Shown here piece by piece: positions 27,628 to 41,551 of a DNA stretch of 64,000 nt. The number at the start of each line of letters is the position of its first letter. Position 1 is the first letter of the stretch. The position numbers and the translations under genes are program-made. Source of the DNA: Amoeboaphelidium protococcarum X5 (lineage: Eukaryota; Fungi; Aphelidiomycota). The stretch is from contig JALDTO010000208.1 in NCBI GenBank assembly GCA_023515725.1, positions 599,768 through 663,767 on the forward strand, in the 5' to 3' direction. The notes under the pieces are model-generated. The model was given only the letters and a program-made list of their open reading frames with translations, was not told the DNA's origin and ran no database searches.

Positions 27628-28218
27628 ATGGCAGATGATAGTAAAGGTTTTCCCGATTTTAATATTCTGAATTATGGCTATAGACTTAGCGGATGGTTAA
27701 GCGAACCTGTGATAAAGAATGCGGGAAAGTATTCTGATGCTGATCAAATCAACGGTGTATCTCGGAGACGACTGCCAGATGATCACCCTGCTATGGCTGA
27801 CTATCGAAAGAAAGAGTACGCTCGCCTGTCGCCCATGAAGCGTCAATTGGACAATCCCGGATTTGGATTCGATCCGACTGGCCTGACTGCAAGTGGTGCT
27901 GGTGTTGATGGTCCATAATCTGCTGGGATAGATGATAAGTAAATCAGGCGATTGGTTCTCACTTTGACCAATCTGATGTTTAGTGCCGTGGCTATCGGAT
28001 TCTTTGGGTATAAAATGTCTAGTCATGTTACTCAGGTGATGGAATTTTAGATATTGATGGGACTGTTGAGTGGTATATTCATTTTGGGAGCAGAATGCTT
28101 TTTGATTTATCGCGCTTTAGAACGTTCACAGCCTGTACATGTTGGTGCTGGCTACGATTAAGATTTACTAAAGCAAAGTGATTAGCAGTCTTCAGACTTG
28201 ATGAAAAAGGATGAATGA
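27628..28218 (+). CDS. V-ATPase assembly factor Vma12/TMEM199-like, 196 aa
   Basis: KKEYARL, then KQIRRLVLTLTNLMFSAVAIGFFGY and ILMGLLSGIFILGAECFLIYR, the two-TM pattern with the conserved N and AE of Vma12. Confidence 0.7.
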
Positions 28219-28275
28219 TCTGCCATTGAGTAGAGATATGTATATATAGACCCTTTTACTTTCAGGTATGTACAT

Positions 28276-30628
28276 TCACCGTTTCGCAAATATTAAATGG
28301 TTCAGTAGCAGCATTACAATCAAAGAGACAGAAACATATTTAACCACGATTTTGGAGTTTTGCTTACGTTACAGAGCCTTAAAAAACGACGCAACCAGAT
28401 CATTAGTACAACGTGCCGCTATCTTTGAAGTAAACCAAAATACAAATGAAGTCGCTATAAGGTTGAGCCAAAAAGTAACTGCGCCAGATACCGGAATTAA
28501 AGTAAGCAAACCTTTTGAATCATTCGCAAGCCAGACGTGGTATTGCAATACAAAAGTCTCCAAGGATATACCGCCAATGTGCTCAAACAATCCCGAGGTG
28601 TACTGACGAGCTGTGGAATTGCAATTTCTTAGCATGATGTATCCGAGTATTGGTATTACAGAGATATACGGATGCCATTAGTTATACGATGGTTTGTCAG
28701 TGAAGCTCAACTAGAAATTGATATACCAAACTATTAGCGCGAGTCCTAAAGCAGTCCATATTCTTTGCATTAAATATCGACGATTTTGTAAAATTTACAA
28801 AACTTTGCAATTATTATCCTTATACTTTTATACTAACAAGGCTGTAAGAGCACCAAAGAAGCAGGCGTTAACGTCCAGCGAAAGTCTAAATAGCCATTCT
28901 TCATTGTTCCATTAGATGCCTGCAATCTAGGAAATCCACTACATTGGCCAAGTGATGAATTATGGACAATACAATACACTTGCATTGAGCAGGCCCTGAA
29001 TTACTAAAAGTTTGGATAGCAAGAAAGTAGCATTCTAATTATACTTACTCAGCAACAGCATTGACACGTACAACACAATATACCAAAACGTTATCAGCGG
29101 AGTGAAGTAATACTGCTGATACGGAAGTCCAGTGATATAAGATAGAAAAATGGTAAGAAGATTCAGTCTTAGGACAGTCTTAACCAGCTTTTACCAGCTA
29201 AAGTCAGCTTTAGTGTAGAATTGCATGAAATGGCCGTACGCAGACAAATACAAGTATGATGCGACGAGGATGCGCATGAAGTTGTATATCCCAATTACTG
29301 AGGATGCACCTGCATAATGATAAGCCAAGATGACCAATTACATCCATCCTTTCCACTCCTGTGTAATCTGCCTATTCATAAACACGTCACCTACATTAGA
29401 GTCATTTCGTTTGATTGTAGAGAGTCCTCCGACTACTATGATACATATGAGAGATACGAATAGCGTCTGATTGTAAAACTTGTCCTGCTTTGATATCAAA
29501 TTTAATCTATCACTTATATACGCCAAACATACGACTCCAATAAGTTGTAGAATTAGTACAGCCCACCGCGGAATAGGAATCTTACGCGATACTGAGACCG
29601 ATTTAACACTTAACAAGCACAGAGAGACGATTAGTATCATGCCAAAAACCAGGCTGTGTGGAATGTTATTCTAGTATCGAGTACAACAGCGACCGCTCAA
29701 GTGCAACTTTTCATTGCATATTCGATTGAGTAGCAAGTCACGTTGAGTCTCGTACAGAGCCGATTCATAATGCAAACCATCCGCAGACTTAAAGTCACTT
29801 TTCAAAGATATTTCATAAAATACATTGTTAACATGCAGCTATTTATGCTATTAAGCTTTCTACTTTAGAATAGAGTTCAGAATGGCTATACGATCATTTG
29901 TCAGTGTCTACCTTCTCTCCTGTGACAGGAGTTCACTAACCACTGGTAGTATAGGAGAGACATGGACGGAATTATTGAGAGCACTTAATCTATTCAGAGA
30001 ACTCTAATATTGACTCTTGGCTCGCGCAAAAGAGTCTGAATATCGCATATACCAAGCGCCATAGTTCATAATGGTGATTGAATTACTACTAATAGATTGA
30101 AAGCTCTCTGTTGAATTCAAAAAGGGATCCCATATAAACGAAACTTTAACACCCCCATCTGCAGTCGTAAACTAAGACGATTGATGATACTATATCACTG
30201 GGCTTTATTCAAACAGAGATGCAAATGAAAGGTATAAATGTCTACCTTAAGAATCTCCAATGATGGTTACATTCCGATCACGTAGGCATTGACGCGCATT
30301 CACTTGCTTGTACTATGCCATTTAACATCCAACAGCATTCCACCTATCGTTAAACCAGAATCCATTCTATAGCACAGTGCATGGTATTTCCAAGACACTG
30401 TCTACAAAGACTAGATACAATAAATATATTCGCAGTCTCGTTTGAAATATCTATACCTGTATAAAAGACGCCACTATTTGAGAGCAAGTTTAGCAGTAAG
30501 CCAACACTGAAAACTAGTAAAGCAGCAGTTGAGACATTGGAAAACTTTTTGCCTTTGGAGCGTACATTATTAAGTAACGGTGTATCCACTATAGCCAACT
30601 ACTCAACGTCGGTTCCGGACACTTGCAT
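28276..30628 (-). CDS. CAS1: CAS1/CASD1-family O-acetyltransferase, 765 aa, intron 30402-30456
   Basis: SGNH-like IIGDSQGR and DGLHY, then [53 protein letters not shown]. Confidence 0.9.
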
Positions 30629-30768
30629 TTCTCTCTCAGTTTCGCGCGCTCTGTCAAACAACTTTCAAAGGCTCTTGAACAATTCCCTTATGCGCCGTTT
30701 TTGACCATCAGTTAGTTCCCTCTGTAAAGTAGTAAATCAATATATAAAAGGCTTCGCGCGATAAGAAT

Positions 30769-31677
30769 ATGAAACGTAAAGTTTTGTTAATGGGCAAGAG
30801 TGGTAGTGGCAAGACGTCCATGAGATGCATCATATTTGCCAATTACATTGCTGGTGATACGCGCCGTCTGGGTGCCACGATCGATGTCGAGCATAGCCAT
30901 GTTAGATTTATGGGGAATCTGGTGCTAAATCTTTGGGATTGTGGCGGTTAAGAAGCGTTCATGGAGAGTTACTTTACCAGCTAGAAAGACCATATATTCA
31001 AGAATGTACAGGTGCTGATATACGTGATGGATGTGGAGACTAAGGCTGATGAGGATGTTGATCGCGACCTGAATAATTACTAAATGTGTATCGATGCTCT
31101 TAAGGCCAACAGTCCATAGGCTAAAGTATTCGTTCTCATACACAAGATGGATCTAGTTAATCTTATGGACAGAGAGTCAACTATGTCCATGTGGTTGAAT
31201 CGATTGAAGGTTGTAGATAAGGGAGATGCAATGTATTTTGCCACCTCAATCTGGGATGAGTCCTTGTACAAGGCTTGGAGCTCCATTGTACATTCTCTTA
31301 TTCCGGACATTGATAACCTCTAGAATAATCTTGCATCCTTCTGCAAGACTTGCCATGCTGATGAAGTTGTATTATTTGAGAGGACCACGTTCCTGGTGAT
31401 TAGTCACGCCAACACTCGTGAGTACAGTGATGCACACAGATTCGAGAAGATATCCAACATTATCAAGCAGTTTAAATTAAGTTGTACGAAGTTATAGACA
31501 TCATTCCAGTCTATGGAGATTTCTAATTCAAACTATACTGCGTGTGTTGAGACTCTGACTGCGAACACGTTCATCATGGTGATTCTCTCAGATCCCGACG
31601 TGGAGCCGGCCGCAGTCAAACTAAACATTATGCTCGCAAGGAAGTACTTTGATTAGCTCGAAATTGTAGCCAAATGA
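30769..31677 (+). CDS. GTR1: Rag GTPase Gtr1/RagA, 302 aa
   Basis: [37 protein letters not shown][TAA=Q][48 protein letters not shown]. Confidence 0.97.
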
Positions 31678-31948
31678 ATGTAATTAATACACCTTTTACG
31701 TTGTTTGCTGAAAGCTCATGGTGATAGAATATTATCGCTGCTTCATACGACTATGATTTGGTCAATTCAAGTGTCATCTTCGCAATCTGATCTCATACCT
31801 TAGAGTGAACTATCACAGTGTGTTGGAACGCGCACTCAAAATCTCTAAATGTGTCTCGCGTTCTTCTTTGAACGGTTTCCTTTCCTTGAACATCTCTATT
31901 CTGCAAAGCTAACGAACGTACTGACGAATAATAATAAAGATAATCATC

Positions 31949-32290
31949 ATGAATCCAGATCGTTAAATTGCGTATTAAAAATTCTACATGGTAGGAGTAT
32001 ACGTTTTAATTATTTTACTGTAATATAACGCTCCAGTTTTTTTGACGATGTGTAGTCCCGTGGTAATTTGCCAGTGTATCTGAAGCACAAGATGGGCAAG
32101 CCACGCTACTTTTTCTCCCTCACCGCCACTGCAGTTTCTGTGTCGTGGGCTGGTTGGATGCTCTACTCGATGGCTTTTGTAAGTCTTTAATTCTCTTATG
32201 GAATTACAATAATATTATATACCGTTTTTATGAATGTTGTAGAAGGTTAATTAGGATCCTAATAGTCCAATCCATGGAGGTGGAAAGTGA
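31949..32290 (+). CDS. Cytochrome c oxidase subunit VII (COX7/VIIa-like), 70 aa, introns 31991-32055 and 32179-32242
   Basis: Spliced MNPDRQIAYQKFYMSRGNLPVYLKHKMGKPRYFFSLTATAVSVSWAGWMLYSMAF... fits the QKxF...PVYLK plus single-TM pattern. Confidence 0.6.
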
Positions 32291-32489
32291 GAATTATGAG
32301 GCAATAATGAAATTTCTGATATATTTTACTCATCGTTGCCAGTGCTCGACGAGAAGATATTTTGGCGACTTATTTTGATTTTCCGTTTCACCTTTACACA
32401 ATCGTTCATTCTATTGTTCCATCTTTGTTTCTCTTTACTGCATCTCTTCTGTTCAGTTTACATTTTGATACTCCATCCACTTCACCTTG

Positions 32490-35408
32490 ATGCAGCTTCT
32501 AGCCAAGAACGGTCGGTACCTAACTCTGTCCTCTGGATAGGATATTGTGGTGGCTGATGTATCCCGCATTGATAATGGTAGAGTTGATTCAAAGATTGCA
32601 ATGTCACAAAAGTTTAGTCTGAAATAGACTCCTATATCATCTTATGGCTATAAGAATGTATTGCTTATCCGATATCCTGATATTTTCTACCAAGTTGTTA
32701 ATCGTAAAGGTGATAAGCTGTTTGAACGATAGTTTGAGGAAGAGCTTTATCATTATTGTCTTAATGATTTATACTTTGTTTATAAAGAATCTAAGGGTAG
32801 TGACATCTGCCTGTATGATTTAGCATCTCATACTGAGATATCAGCTGGTATACGTGGAGATTTATATGTTGTACCCTAAAAGCTGTTAGCTGTAGCGAAT
32901 GGTGATATGATAAATCTTTATCTACTTCCTTCTATGGTTTTAGTCGGTCAATACTAGCACTCGTGTCAGATAAAAAATATATATTGTAATGACTATGCTA
33001 CCAAGATTATTATTATTGATGACAATCAGAATGCATATCTTTATCATAGTCTTTAGGATATATCTATAAAGTTGCCCATGCCAGATAACCAGCCAGTTAT
33101 AGATTGTGTGTTCTAATCAAAGGTGCAGTCATGCTGCTCCCTTTTTCTTATATAAAATGAAGATTAAATACTGGTGATAGCGTCTACTTTAAATCATGTT
33201 AGAGGTGAGTTTATAGATGTGGTAGCTAACATTACAGTGGACCATTAATATCAAATATTGGACATTTAGTAAACCGGTATACTTTGTTTCGATAATAATA
33301 AGATGTGTGTATTATAGTTTGAAAAAGATTCTGAACTGAATGTATAATCATTGATTCTACTGGGATAACATAGCACTCTGCTATAGAAACAATTTTCCGC
33401 TGCTGAATGGCTCACTGTGATTAAAATTGCTCTCGAGTTTATGTCAATTCAACTCGCATTTGAAGTTGTCTAGTTATTGATTCAACGGAAGCTGCCTATA
33501 GTTCAATTTAACTCTAGCTATTCTATTGTTTAATTACAAGATGCTTTATTAGTGTTGTAAAAATGTGTCGACAAACGTTACATTTAAGGGGAAATTTGTC
33601 GTATTTTATAGCAATATGAGCTGGCTGAGATGCACTATCTACAATGCTTTACTCCTCAGAAGACCGTTGAGATGTGGATTGAGTTGGAGAATCTTGACCG
33701 CGCGTATTAAATTGCCAAAACTTTGCGGGATTATGATATAAGTACTGTATATCTCTTATAGGCGGATAAGAAAGCATCGTAAAAATAGTATTAAGATGCG
33801 TTGAAGCTTTATAAGACAGTGTAAGACGGCCGCTTAGAGTCATTGAAAAGTGTAGCAGTTCGTGGCGCTATCAAGATGATGTTGCGATGTAATCAAATAT
33901 AGAGTGCCGTGGAATAAGCCTTATCTCTGAATGATCCAGCTTTTAGTGGCGAATGTGGTGATATTCTTTAGTCGTTGGCCTATAATGAAGAAGCGCTGCA
34001 TATGTACGTCAAAGCGTAAGATTTTAATAGAGCTGCGGCTCTGATGCTGAAGTTGGGAAAGTATCAGCTAGCTAGAAAAATCATCTCCAAAGTTAAAGAC
34101 GGGAAAGTTCAGTCAGACTATGGAAAGCATCTAGAGGCTACAGGAGAGCTTAGTGAAGCTAGATAATATTACACCAAGGCTTAAGATCACTTGGCTTTAG
34201 TCTAGCTTCTCGTCCTCAAATTGGGCTCTGTCGATGAAGCTGTTGATTTAGTAAAGTAATGTTAAGATTAGACTGCTGGAAAGTTTTTAATCACGTATCT
34301 TATGGAGGAATTAAATGATCCGCAAATTGCCATTGACGTTGCTTTGGAGATTGGTCAACATGATTTGGCTTTTGTTATGGCCAAGAATCATAATAAGTTG
34401 GATATCTATGCCGATCGTTTAGTGAATTTGGAATCTGTTGATAATATAAAGAGTATGGCTGAAGAAATGGAGTAGCGGTAGTTGTATAACGTTGCAGCCA
34501 AATTGCATTTGAGATTGAAAGATTTTGGTCGAGTGGAAAGATTACTGTCGAGACTTGCTATTGATGATTCGTATTTAGTGATTTGTGCTGACCTTTTCTC
34601 CAATACAAAGAACAAGGAAGCTGCCATTAAAGTGTGGAATTCGTTGTAGAAGCATTTATCTAATCTTGATTACAATCTGGTGTACTAGTTCTTATCTGTC
34701 AGTGGTTTACATGATGTAATGACGAGTTTTGTCATTTCAAAGTCTGCTGATCTGATGAAAGATGAGTAAATTTTAGATGCTCGAAGAATATTGTGTAAAT
34801 TTTTGGAAGATCATCCAGAGATACAGAATCAAGAAGTATCGAGATATTTAATTCTATGCTAATCCTTTGTATTATCGCCAATGCATTCTGATAGCTCTGA
34901 AATAGAAACGCAAGCTGTGCTACTGAGCCGTCTATGTCAGTCCGTGGAATTGTTTGGCAAAGCAAAAAGTAAACTCCTAGCACTAGCATCCGTTAAATGT
35001 TATGTTTATGGTGCTAAGAAGCTGTCATTCAAGTATGCGTCTCATCTAATGGAGACCATCGAGGATATCTCTGAAGTTGATGACAAATATTAAAAGACTA
35101 TTGAGCGTATACTAAGACGACCGGAAGGCGATGAACGTCAATTGCCTTCTGCTCGCTGTCTTTAATGTAACGCGTCTAATCCTCAGGATTCTTTGAACTG
35201 TAGTTAGTGCAAGGTACAAGCGACTATATGCTTTGCATCTGGATTGTGGTGCGACGCAGAATCTATCGTCAATTGTCCTCATTGTAGAAGTACATTCGAC
35301 AGACTGGCGATAGCGAATCATTTGCAAAGCTCCAATTAGTGTCCTCTTTGCGAAAGATCTTTATCCCTGGAACAACTCGTGTCTTATGATAGGCCATATT
35401 CTAAATGA
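32490..35408 (+). CDS. WDR19: Divergent IFT144/WDR19 (IFT-A), 972 aa, N-terminally shortened
   Basis: YQHSCQIKNIYCNDYATKIIIIDDNQNAYLY; ECGDILQSL..EEALHMY; TPR-like region; VDDKYQKTIERILRRP; C-terminal CxxC clusters (ICFASG, CPHC, CPLCE), as in WDR19. Confidence 0.85.
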
Positions 35409-35483
35409 TGAAGTTGATTTTGTTCGTTATAGTGTTTTTAATATTTAGTCGTGTTCCTCTTTTCTACCACCGTACCGAGTTAA

Positions 35484-36485
35484 ATGCTTAAAACTACGAT
35501 CAGATTAAATTTATCATTGTGGACTCAAAAGTTGAAGATGAGCAGCTCTAATAATTCGCTGGTGCAACGTGTATAAGATGCCGTAAATAAAATTGCGCCT
35601 CTTCAATATGCGGAAAAGGAATGGGATAACGTAGGTACTCTTGTACAGTCGCCTTCATGCAGAGGCAATGCGGTGATTTTGACCAACGATGTTACTGATC
35701 AAGTGGTTGATGAAGCGATTTAAAAGAATGCTGGTGTCATACTGTCGTACCATCCAATTATATTTCGCGGTATGAAGTCTATGAATTGCGAGTCTGCTGC
35801 ACCTAAAGAGCGGCAAGTTGTCAGATGCTTAACGAATGGTATCTCTGTATTCTGTCCTCATTCAGCTCTTGACGCGACACCGGTAGTAGAGTTTAATATT
35901 AACGAATGGCTCCTTCGCTCCGCACTTGGCGAATCAACTTTAATAGATTCTAAGGCTGGTGGCAAGTTGAATTAATTGCGTCCGTCTGATATTATTGATC
36001 TCAAGACGGACACTTCAAGCGGCGTCAAGTATGGTTGTGGAAGATTCATCGCTCTGTAATCTTAGAATGATAATTGTGGCAGTACTCTCAGTCTTACCAA
36101 AGTTATCTCAAATCTATTATAAAATCTAGAATTAGAGCACCTTCAATCTACCGCGACATCGTCTGTGGAAGAATAAGATAAGATCTTTAAGGGAATTGCG
36201 GTGTGCGTTGGATCAGGATCTGGGGTGTTCTCAAAGCTACGTTGCGATTAGGTAAATCTACTTATTACTGGCGAAATGTCTCATCATGAGATTCTATCAT
36301 ACAAAGAGAAAGGTGTCGATGTTATACTGCTGGGACACGATAATTCTGAACGTGGCTATTTAAAAGTGCTGTAATAGTATCTATAACGTGAACTAAGCGG
36401 AGTCGATGTCATTGTGAGCTAATCAGACAAATCGCTCCTTACGGTACACTCCATCAGTAATATTGGTAAAACTAATAATAAATGA
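35484..36485 (+). CDS. NIF3: NIF3-family protein (second in-frame ATG at 35538)
   Basis: IAPLQYAEKEWDNVGTLV, SYHPIIFRG, PHSALDA, AVCVGSG, ITGEMSHHE, GHDNSERGYL. Confidence 0.93.
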
Positions 36486-36512
36486 AAAGTCTATTACCAT
36501 TTCAGTATTTAC

Positions 36513-37133
36513 TCATTGTTCAAGCACAGTCTATGACTTTTCATTTTAACTTTACTACGACTAGTTCACATTCAATATGTGAGGCTCATGATCAATAAGT
36601 TCGTAGTCCATTCCGATACCGGCAGGCATTTACATTGAGATGTAATGAAGCCACTTACTGACGACTTGACTATCTGCCTTGAGGTTCTGACTTTTCACAC
36701 CAGGTACAGCGTCGACTTATACACTAGCCACATTATCTGACCGAAATAGAGCCAGCTAGCGATGATATGTTCTGATATGGAACGTATCTTGATGTCGACC
36801 ATGGACAAAAGGTGATCTATTCACAATATAAGAACGCGTCTAATACGATACATCTTCAGTATTTTCATACCTTGCAGCATCGCTAGATCCGTGCGACTAT
36901 TAATCTTTATCGCCACTTATCATGGCAGATGGAATATTATGAGGATAAATATCAGCTGATTAACCATCTGGAGTCAGCGAGTGAGGACGCGTCAAAGTTT
37001 TGTCAATTGGGTAGATAGTCTTGCTAACAGGAATCTTGAATGCTTGTGCTGCCTATCTACTAAAAGACACAAATGGATCCAGCATTCCGCTAGTATTTGA
37101 CTTAAAAGTCACCATAGCGAGTAAATTTTTCAT
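36513..37133 (-). CDS. RSM10: Mitochondrial ribosomal protein uS10m, 206 aa
   Basis: LDPFVSFSRQAAQAFKIP, VNRSPFVHGRHQDTFHIRTYHRQL, WLHYISMQMPAGIGM. Confidence 0.8.
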
Positions 37134-37308
37134 ATTTTATATTCCGTGTTTGATGTGATAGCTTAAAAGAAACCAGCGATCCAAGTTATAAGCGATCAAA
37201 GACGTTAAAGAGATAAAGTCGCGCAATGTTAAATAAAATCTCAAGATACTAGTAAAAAGGACACTGTACTAATAATCCTATTAAGTTCACAAAGTCGTTA
37301 TAATTCAT

Positions 37309-37954
37309 TCAGCCTGATATAGGCTGTGATGATTTGCGCCGTCTCTGCGATACTTCATAGTTGTATACTCGCGCCAGGTTCACCTCAACAATAGTGATCT
37401 ATTCACGCAGGTACTCCAAATCTGAATTTATGAGCTCCAGAGACTTTGCCGCTCGCTACCTCTTGTCATCCAGAAGATCCTCAGCCTCTTTCAACGTATA
37501 TTCCACCATTATATTTGCACCTAACCATATACCAACTTTTGTAGCTGATTCACCATCACCAAGCACAGGCTTATCCACCGAGGCCGTGGCATAAACGGCA
37601 TCGCTCAATTCATACCTCACGTTCTGACTACCAGTATCTTCTGATTACGCAGATGCGATTAGATTACGCACAGCTTCTAGCGACTTTTCCAGTTCTGGAA
37701 TTTTGGTGTTCAAATTCTATTTCTTTGCCTACAGCTACACTTCCATTCTCTTGTAGGTGGACAGCATATCATCAAATTTCCTCAACAGCGCGTGTGCATC
37801 CATCTCTGGGCTCAGAAACTTTTCAACCTCATCCTACAAAAGTGAATTACATACTGGTGAACAAATTTATTAGACTTTTATTGCTATTCAATATTCTTAC
37901 CACAAATGGCGCCTGAGGTATACCACTTTCATTATACTTTACATTCTGGGTCAT
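37309..37954 (-). CDS. PAC10: Prefoldin subunit 3 (PAC10/VBP1), 192 aa, intron 37834-37900
   Basis: GIPQAPFVDEVEKFL, KIPELEKSL, YELSDAVYA, VGIWLGANIMVEY, DLEYLREQITIVEVNLARVYN. Confidence 0.93.
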
Positions 37955-38126
37955 GGTAACAACTCTTTTTTTGGTTGATCACAGTTTTAGTGGTTGGAGA
38001 GAGTGCGATGGGAGAAAGTTTTGAAAGAGCCGCACTGATCTCAAAGTACTGACTCATCAAAACACTTGAACACAGCAAGTAGCTCACTATTGAAGGTACA
38101 GAAATTAAAATATCTATTATATTCTA

Positions 38127-40841
38127 TCAATCAGACATGATACTTTCAACACCCCACATTAGTAACGCGTCTTGGTAAGATTTGGGATATTCACGCACAT
38201 TTGGGCCAATTTTGTCAATGACATGGCGCCAATTTTTATACAACTCCTGTCTCCGTTGGACATTGTATCGCACCATTGCCTTGTGTACACCATTAAAATC
38301 AGTTTTATCAAGCATGGTTGCCAAGTGTTTCCAAGAATCAAATTGAATTACATTCTTCCACTAGTAAAAGTCTGCATACTGCAACCAGTACTTTTTTGCT
38401 GCAGGAGATTCATCTTCTGGACTAAACTTATGACTAGAATTCGGATGTTGAGGGATAACAAAATGGTCCTGTCCCTAACTACAATATAACGGACTACTCA
38501 ATATTACTCTGTCCGTTATCAGACCCAACTCAAGCAGAAAATCTACAGACGGTACGAATATAGGAACTCCAATAGCGGCCAATTCAGTCAAACCGTAACT
38601 CAATACAGCGTATGGCAAAATAACAACGGCTCGATGATCAGCAATATTGTCTAATGTGTACCTTCCGTACAACTGCTTTGCAGTCACAAACTTCCATTTC
38701 TCAGACTGTCCAAGTGCAGAGACGATGTTGAACTCACTCTCATAAGGTAAGCCCTGTAGTTACAACGGACCAACCAAAATCTCTTTTCTCCTCGGATAGT
38801 ATCGCGTATTCTGAGTATAAGCAAAAGATGTTGCTGGTAGAATTAAAGGTTCAACGCCTGTATAATACTTGATGTACTCGGCATCATATTTACCCATTGC
38901 AGCAATAATATTCGTAGGAGCACCTTACTTTGGCTTTGCCATCAGTTAAACATGCTCAATCAATCTCTTCCAAGAATTTTCCGAGCATCTGCCCATGGTA
39001 AATCTGTGAGCTGGCAGGAATATGATGGATCTATTCATAGGCATGTAAGCTTCACAGAAGGAGCTTACGAACGAGCATACAAACGCGCTGGTCTTCTGCA
39101 TCATCTCATTTCCCGTGTAATCCTAGTAAAATTGCTTAACTTCAGGTTCCGTCAATGGTGACATTGTATGCTTAGTTCTTTACTCAATCAGTGGGGCTCT
39201 TGGTGCAATAGTAGAGTGAGGATGAACAAAGACTTCTGGATAAGGACCAGATAGTCCTTTGGCTCCAGCATTCACATAGCGTTAACCAATACTCATTAAT
39301 ACCGAAGAAATATCTGCGCGAACTCCATCATGCAAGTCAGAGCTCCATATTGATAGAGATTTAGATTAAATCACAGGCTCAGGGAACTGATACCCCACAG
39401 AATGTAAATCCTTGAGCCACGCCATGACGAGATCGATATCTGATTATCCAATTACGCCAATCTCATAACATTGAATATAAATTTACAATAATCGCTCTGG
39501 GATTGATGCATCTGGCCTAAATGTAATTTGATCCAAATACTGAACAAAAGCTTTAGTCTGAGTGTATAGAGGATACTCGGCAACAAAATCAGCATCATAA
39601 GAGTGTTCATTGCGTCTATGCTCGACCCAAGGAGCTGCAAACGCCACCTAACCAGCATCAATATCATGCAGAATACGAATCCAGATGTAAGATCTCCAGA
39701 TATCAGTCACCCGACCATGAACACTGATTGGTAGAAGAAGGCCGAAGAAGGATTGTCTAGTAGTCATTAGCGCTTAAGCATTCAACGGCGCATACTGACG
39801 CTCATTCATAACAACAGGAGTCACCGACTGATCAAATTTCAAAGGCAGCGGCTGGCTCAATCTATAGATGGCGTCCATATCCGGATCAATCGAGGCCAAA
39901 GATTGAACAAGAGCAAGTCTATTCGATACTGTCAACTTTTCTACATCACTTGCACTTACAGCGTTCTAATGAGACTTGATCAGGGATAGAGGAAATCCTC
40001 TAGGCCATGTTGCAGATGCAGTGTATACACTCCTATCAACGAAACTAGCATATGGATTGAAGAAGGAGTGGCTGATATTCTTTGACGCGGTGCTTGGAAG
40101 CTTGATTTCAGACAAATTTACAAACTCCCCGACAGTTTTGAGACTATCAGACGTGAGTTCATTATCATCATCGCAATCATAGATATCAACGGCACAGTGA
40201 TGAATAGCATAGAGATAACCCAAATTCTTGCGACCAAAGTGGTTCCACGGTATCTTGCTATTCATGGAGTAAGGTAACTACTTCTGCATCTCTACAGTAA
40301 GATAGACAACGTTATCTTTGAACTGACTGACCAAACTCTAATACTTATCCTCAGGCGTCTTCTTGTCACCAACAATAACGGCACACCAGCCAGATAATCT
40401 GATCACCTGCTATATAGTTTTTGATGGATCGAAAATAGTCGTAATCACTACCCACTTTTTGCAGCATAAGTGACCATCGGCAGGTGACAACACAGTAGAT
40501 GCAAATGTTTCAGGTGTCAATTGGGATTTTACAAATTCCTGGGCACTTACACCCTGATAATCGAATCTCTTTACAGCGGTCCAAACTTTTCCAGTGGTTG
40601 CAAGTTGCTAATCATCTTTAGGGGCAGAGGGAGGTGCAGATGTGTCCACCTTACTGCCATTACCTGGAGCAGAATCGTTAACATTCTTTGGGGGCTAATC
40701 TTGAAACTGTTTGTCCTTCTGCGTGAAAAACGATTCTGACAGATTTCTACCCGCGGGCAGAGTAATGACAGCAAAAGTTATCAGACACAAAGCCAGTAGA
40801 AGAATCGCCGCCAGCTGAGTTTGTCTTGGTTAAGTTCTCAT
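38127..40841 (-). CDS. STELLO-like (DUF288) glycosyltransferase fused to a second putative glycosyltransferase domain, 904 aa
   Basis: N-terminal TM; KWVVITTIF, VGDKKTP, RKNLGYLYAI, IYDCDDDN, WPRGFPL, DPDMDAIYRL, LPISVHGRVTDIWRSY. The C-terminal half has HRAVVILPYAVLSYGLTELAAIGVPIFVPS. Confidence 0.8.
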
Positions 40842-41126
40842 TATAGCTACTATATACTGTTTTGACTCGATACTAATACAAATTACCTGGTGATGATGCA
40901 AAGTTTGACTTTCAGTGGGAGGTTCCCAAGTTTTTGTCGTCTTTCATCGCCTTGGCCAGCCTGGCTACTTAGTAACCATGGTGATATCGATACGGTTTGA
41001 TTGATGCACACGTTCTTATGGTGTACTTACTTATGATATTTAATTTGCTAGTCGAGTACTTTTCAAAATCACTCGATGAACAGCGAGCCTGCTAAATGCT
41101 GAGTTTTACAGTAGTTTTGCAATAAT

Positions 41127-41551
41127 GCGACAATTGTCGCTGCTCTGCAAATACCAAGTGCGACATTTGTCGCTGTTGAACAATATTAATTCTTAGTTGC
41201 ACCAAGACTGTAGACAATGAAACGGATAGTTTTGATAACCGTATTCAATGTTCAATCTTTTCAGGTCCGTTTTATGACGAGATTGAACTTTAATCAGTCA
41301 TGTCAGTGCAGCTTTTCAACACTGCGACATTTGTACGCAAAATATGGCGCTAGCGTCACAACGGACTAAAGTAGTTCGGAAAGTGAAAGTGAATTAATAC
41401 GAATAAAACTAATAGATCTAGATGGTTACTACTCGTACTTCTAATTATAACGTTCATCAAGCAAATACTTTACCAAGACGTTAGTCTCAAGCACATTGCA
41501 TGAAACAAAGAGCGACATTTGTCGCACATGTCTTGGTGAATAAGTTTGCTT
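41127..41551. repeat. Cluster of GCGACAWWTGTCGC palindromes and an imperfect inverted repeat
   Basis: Copies at 41127-41140, 41160-41173, 41324-41338 (one insertion) and 41512-41525. AAGCAAA..TTTACCAAGAC (about 41459-41479) pairs with GTCTTGGTGAATAAGTTTGCTT (41530-41551). Confidence 0.65.
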
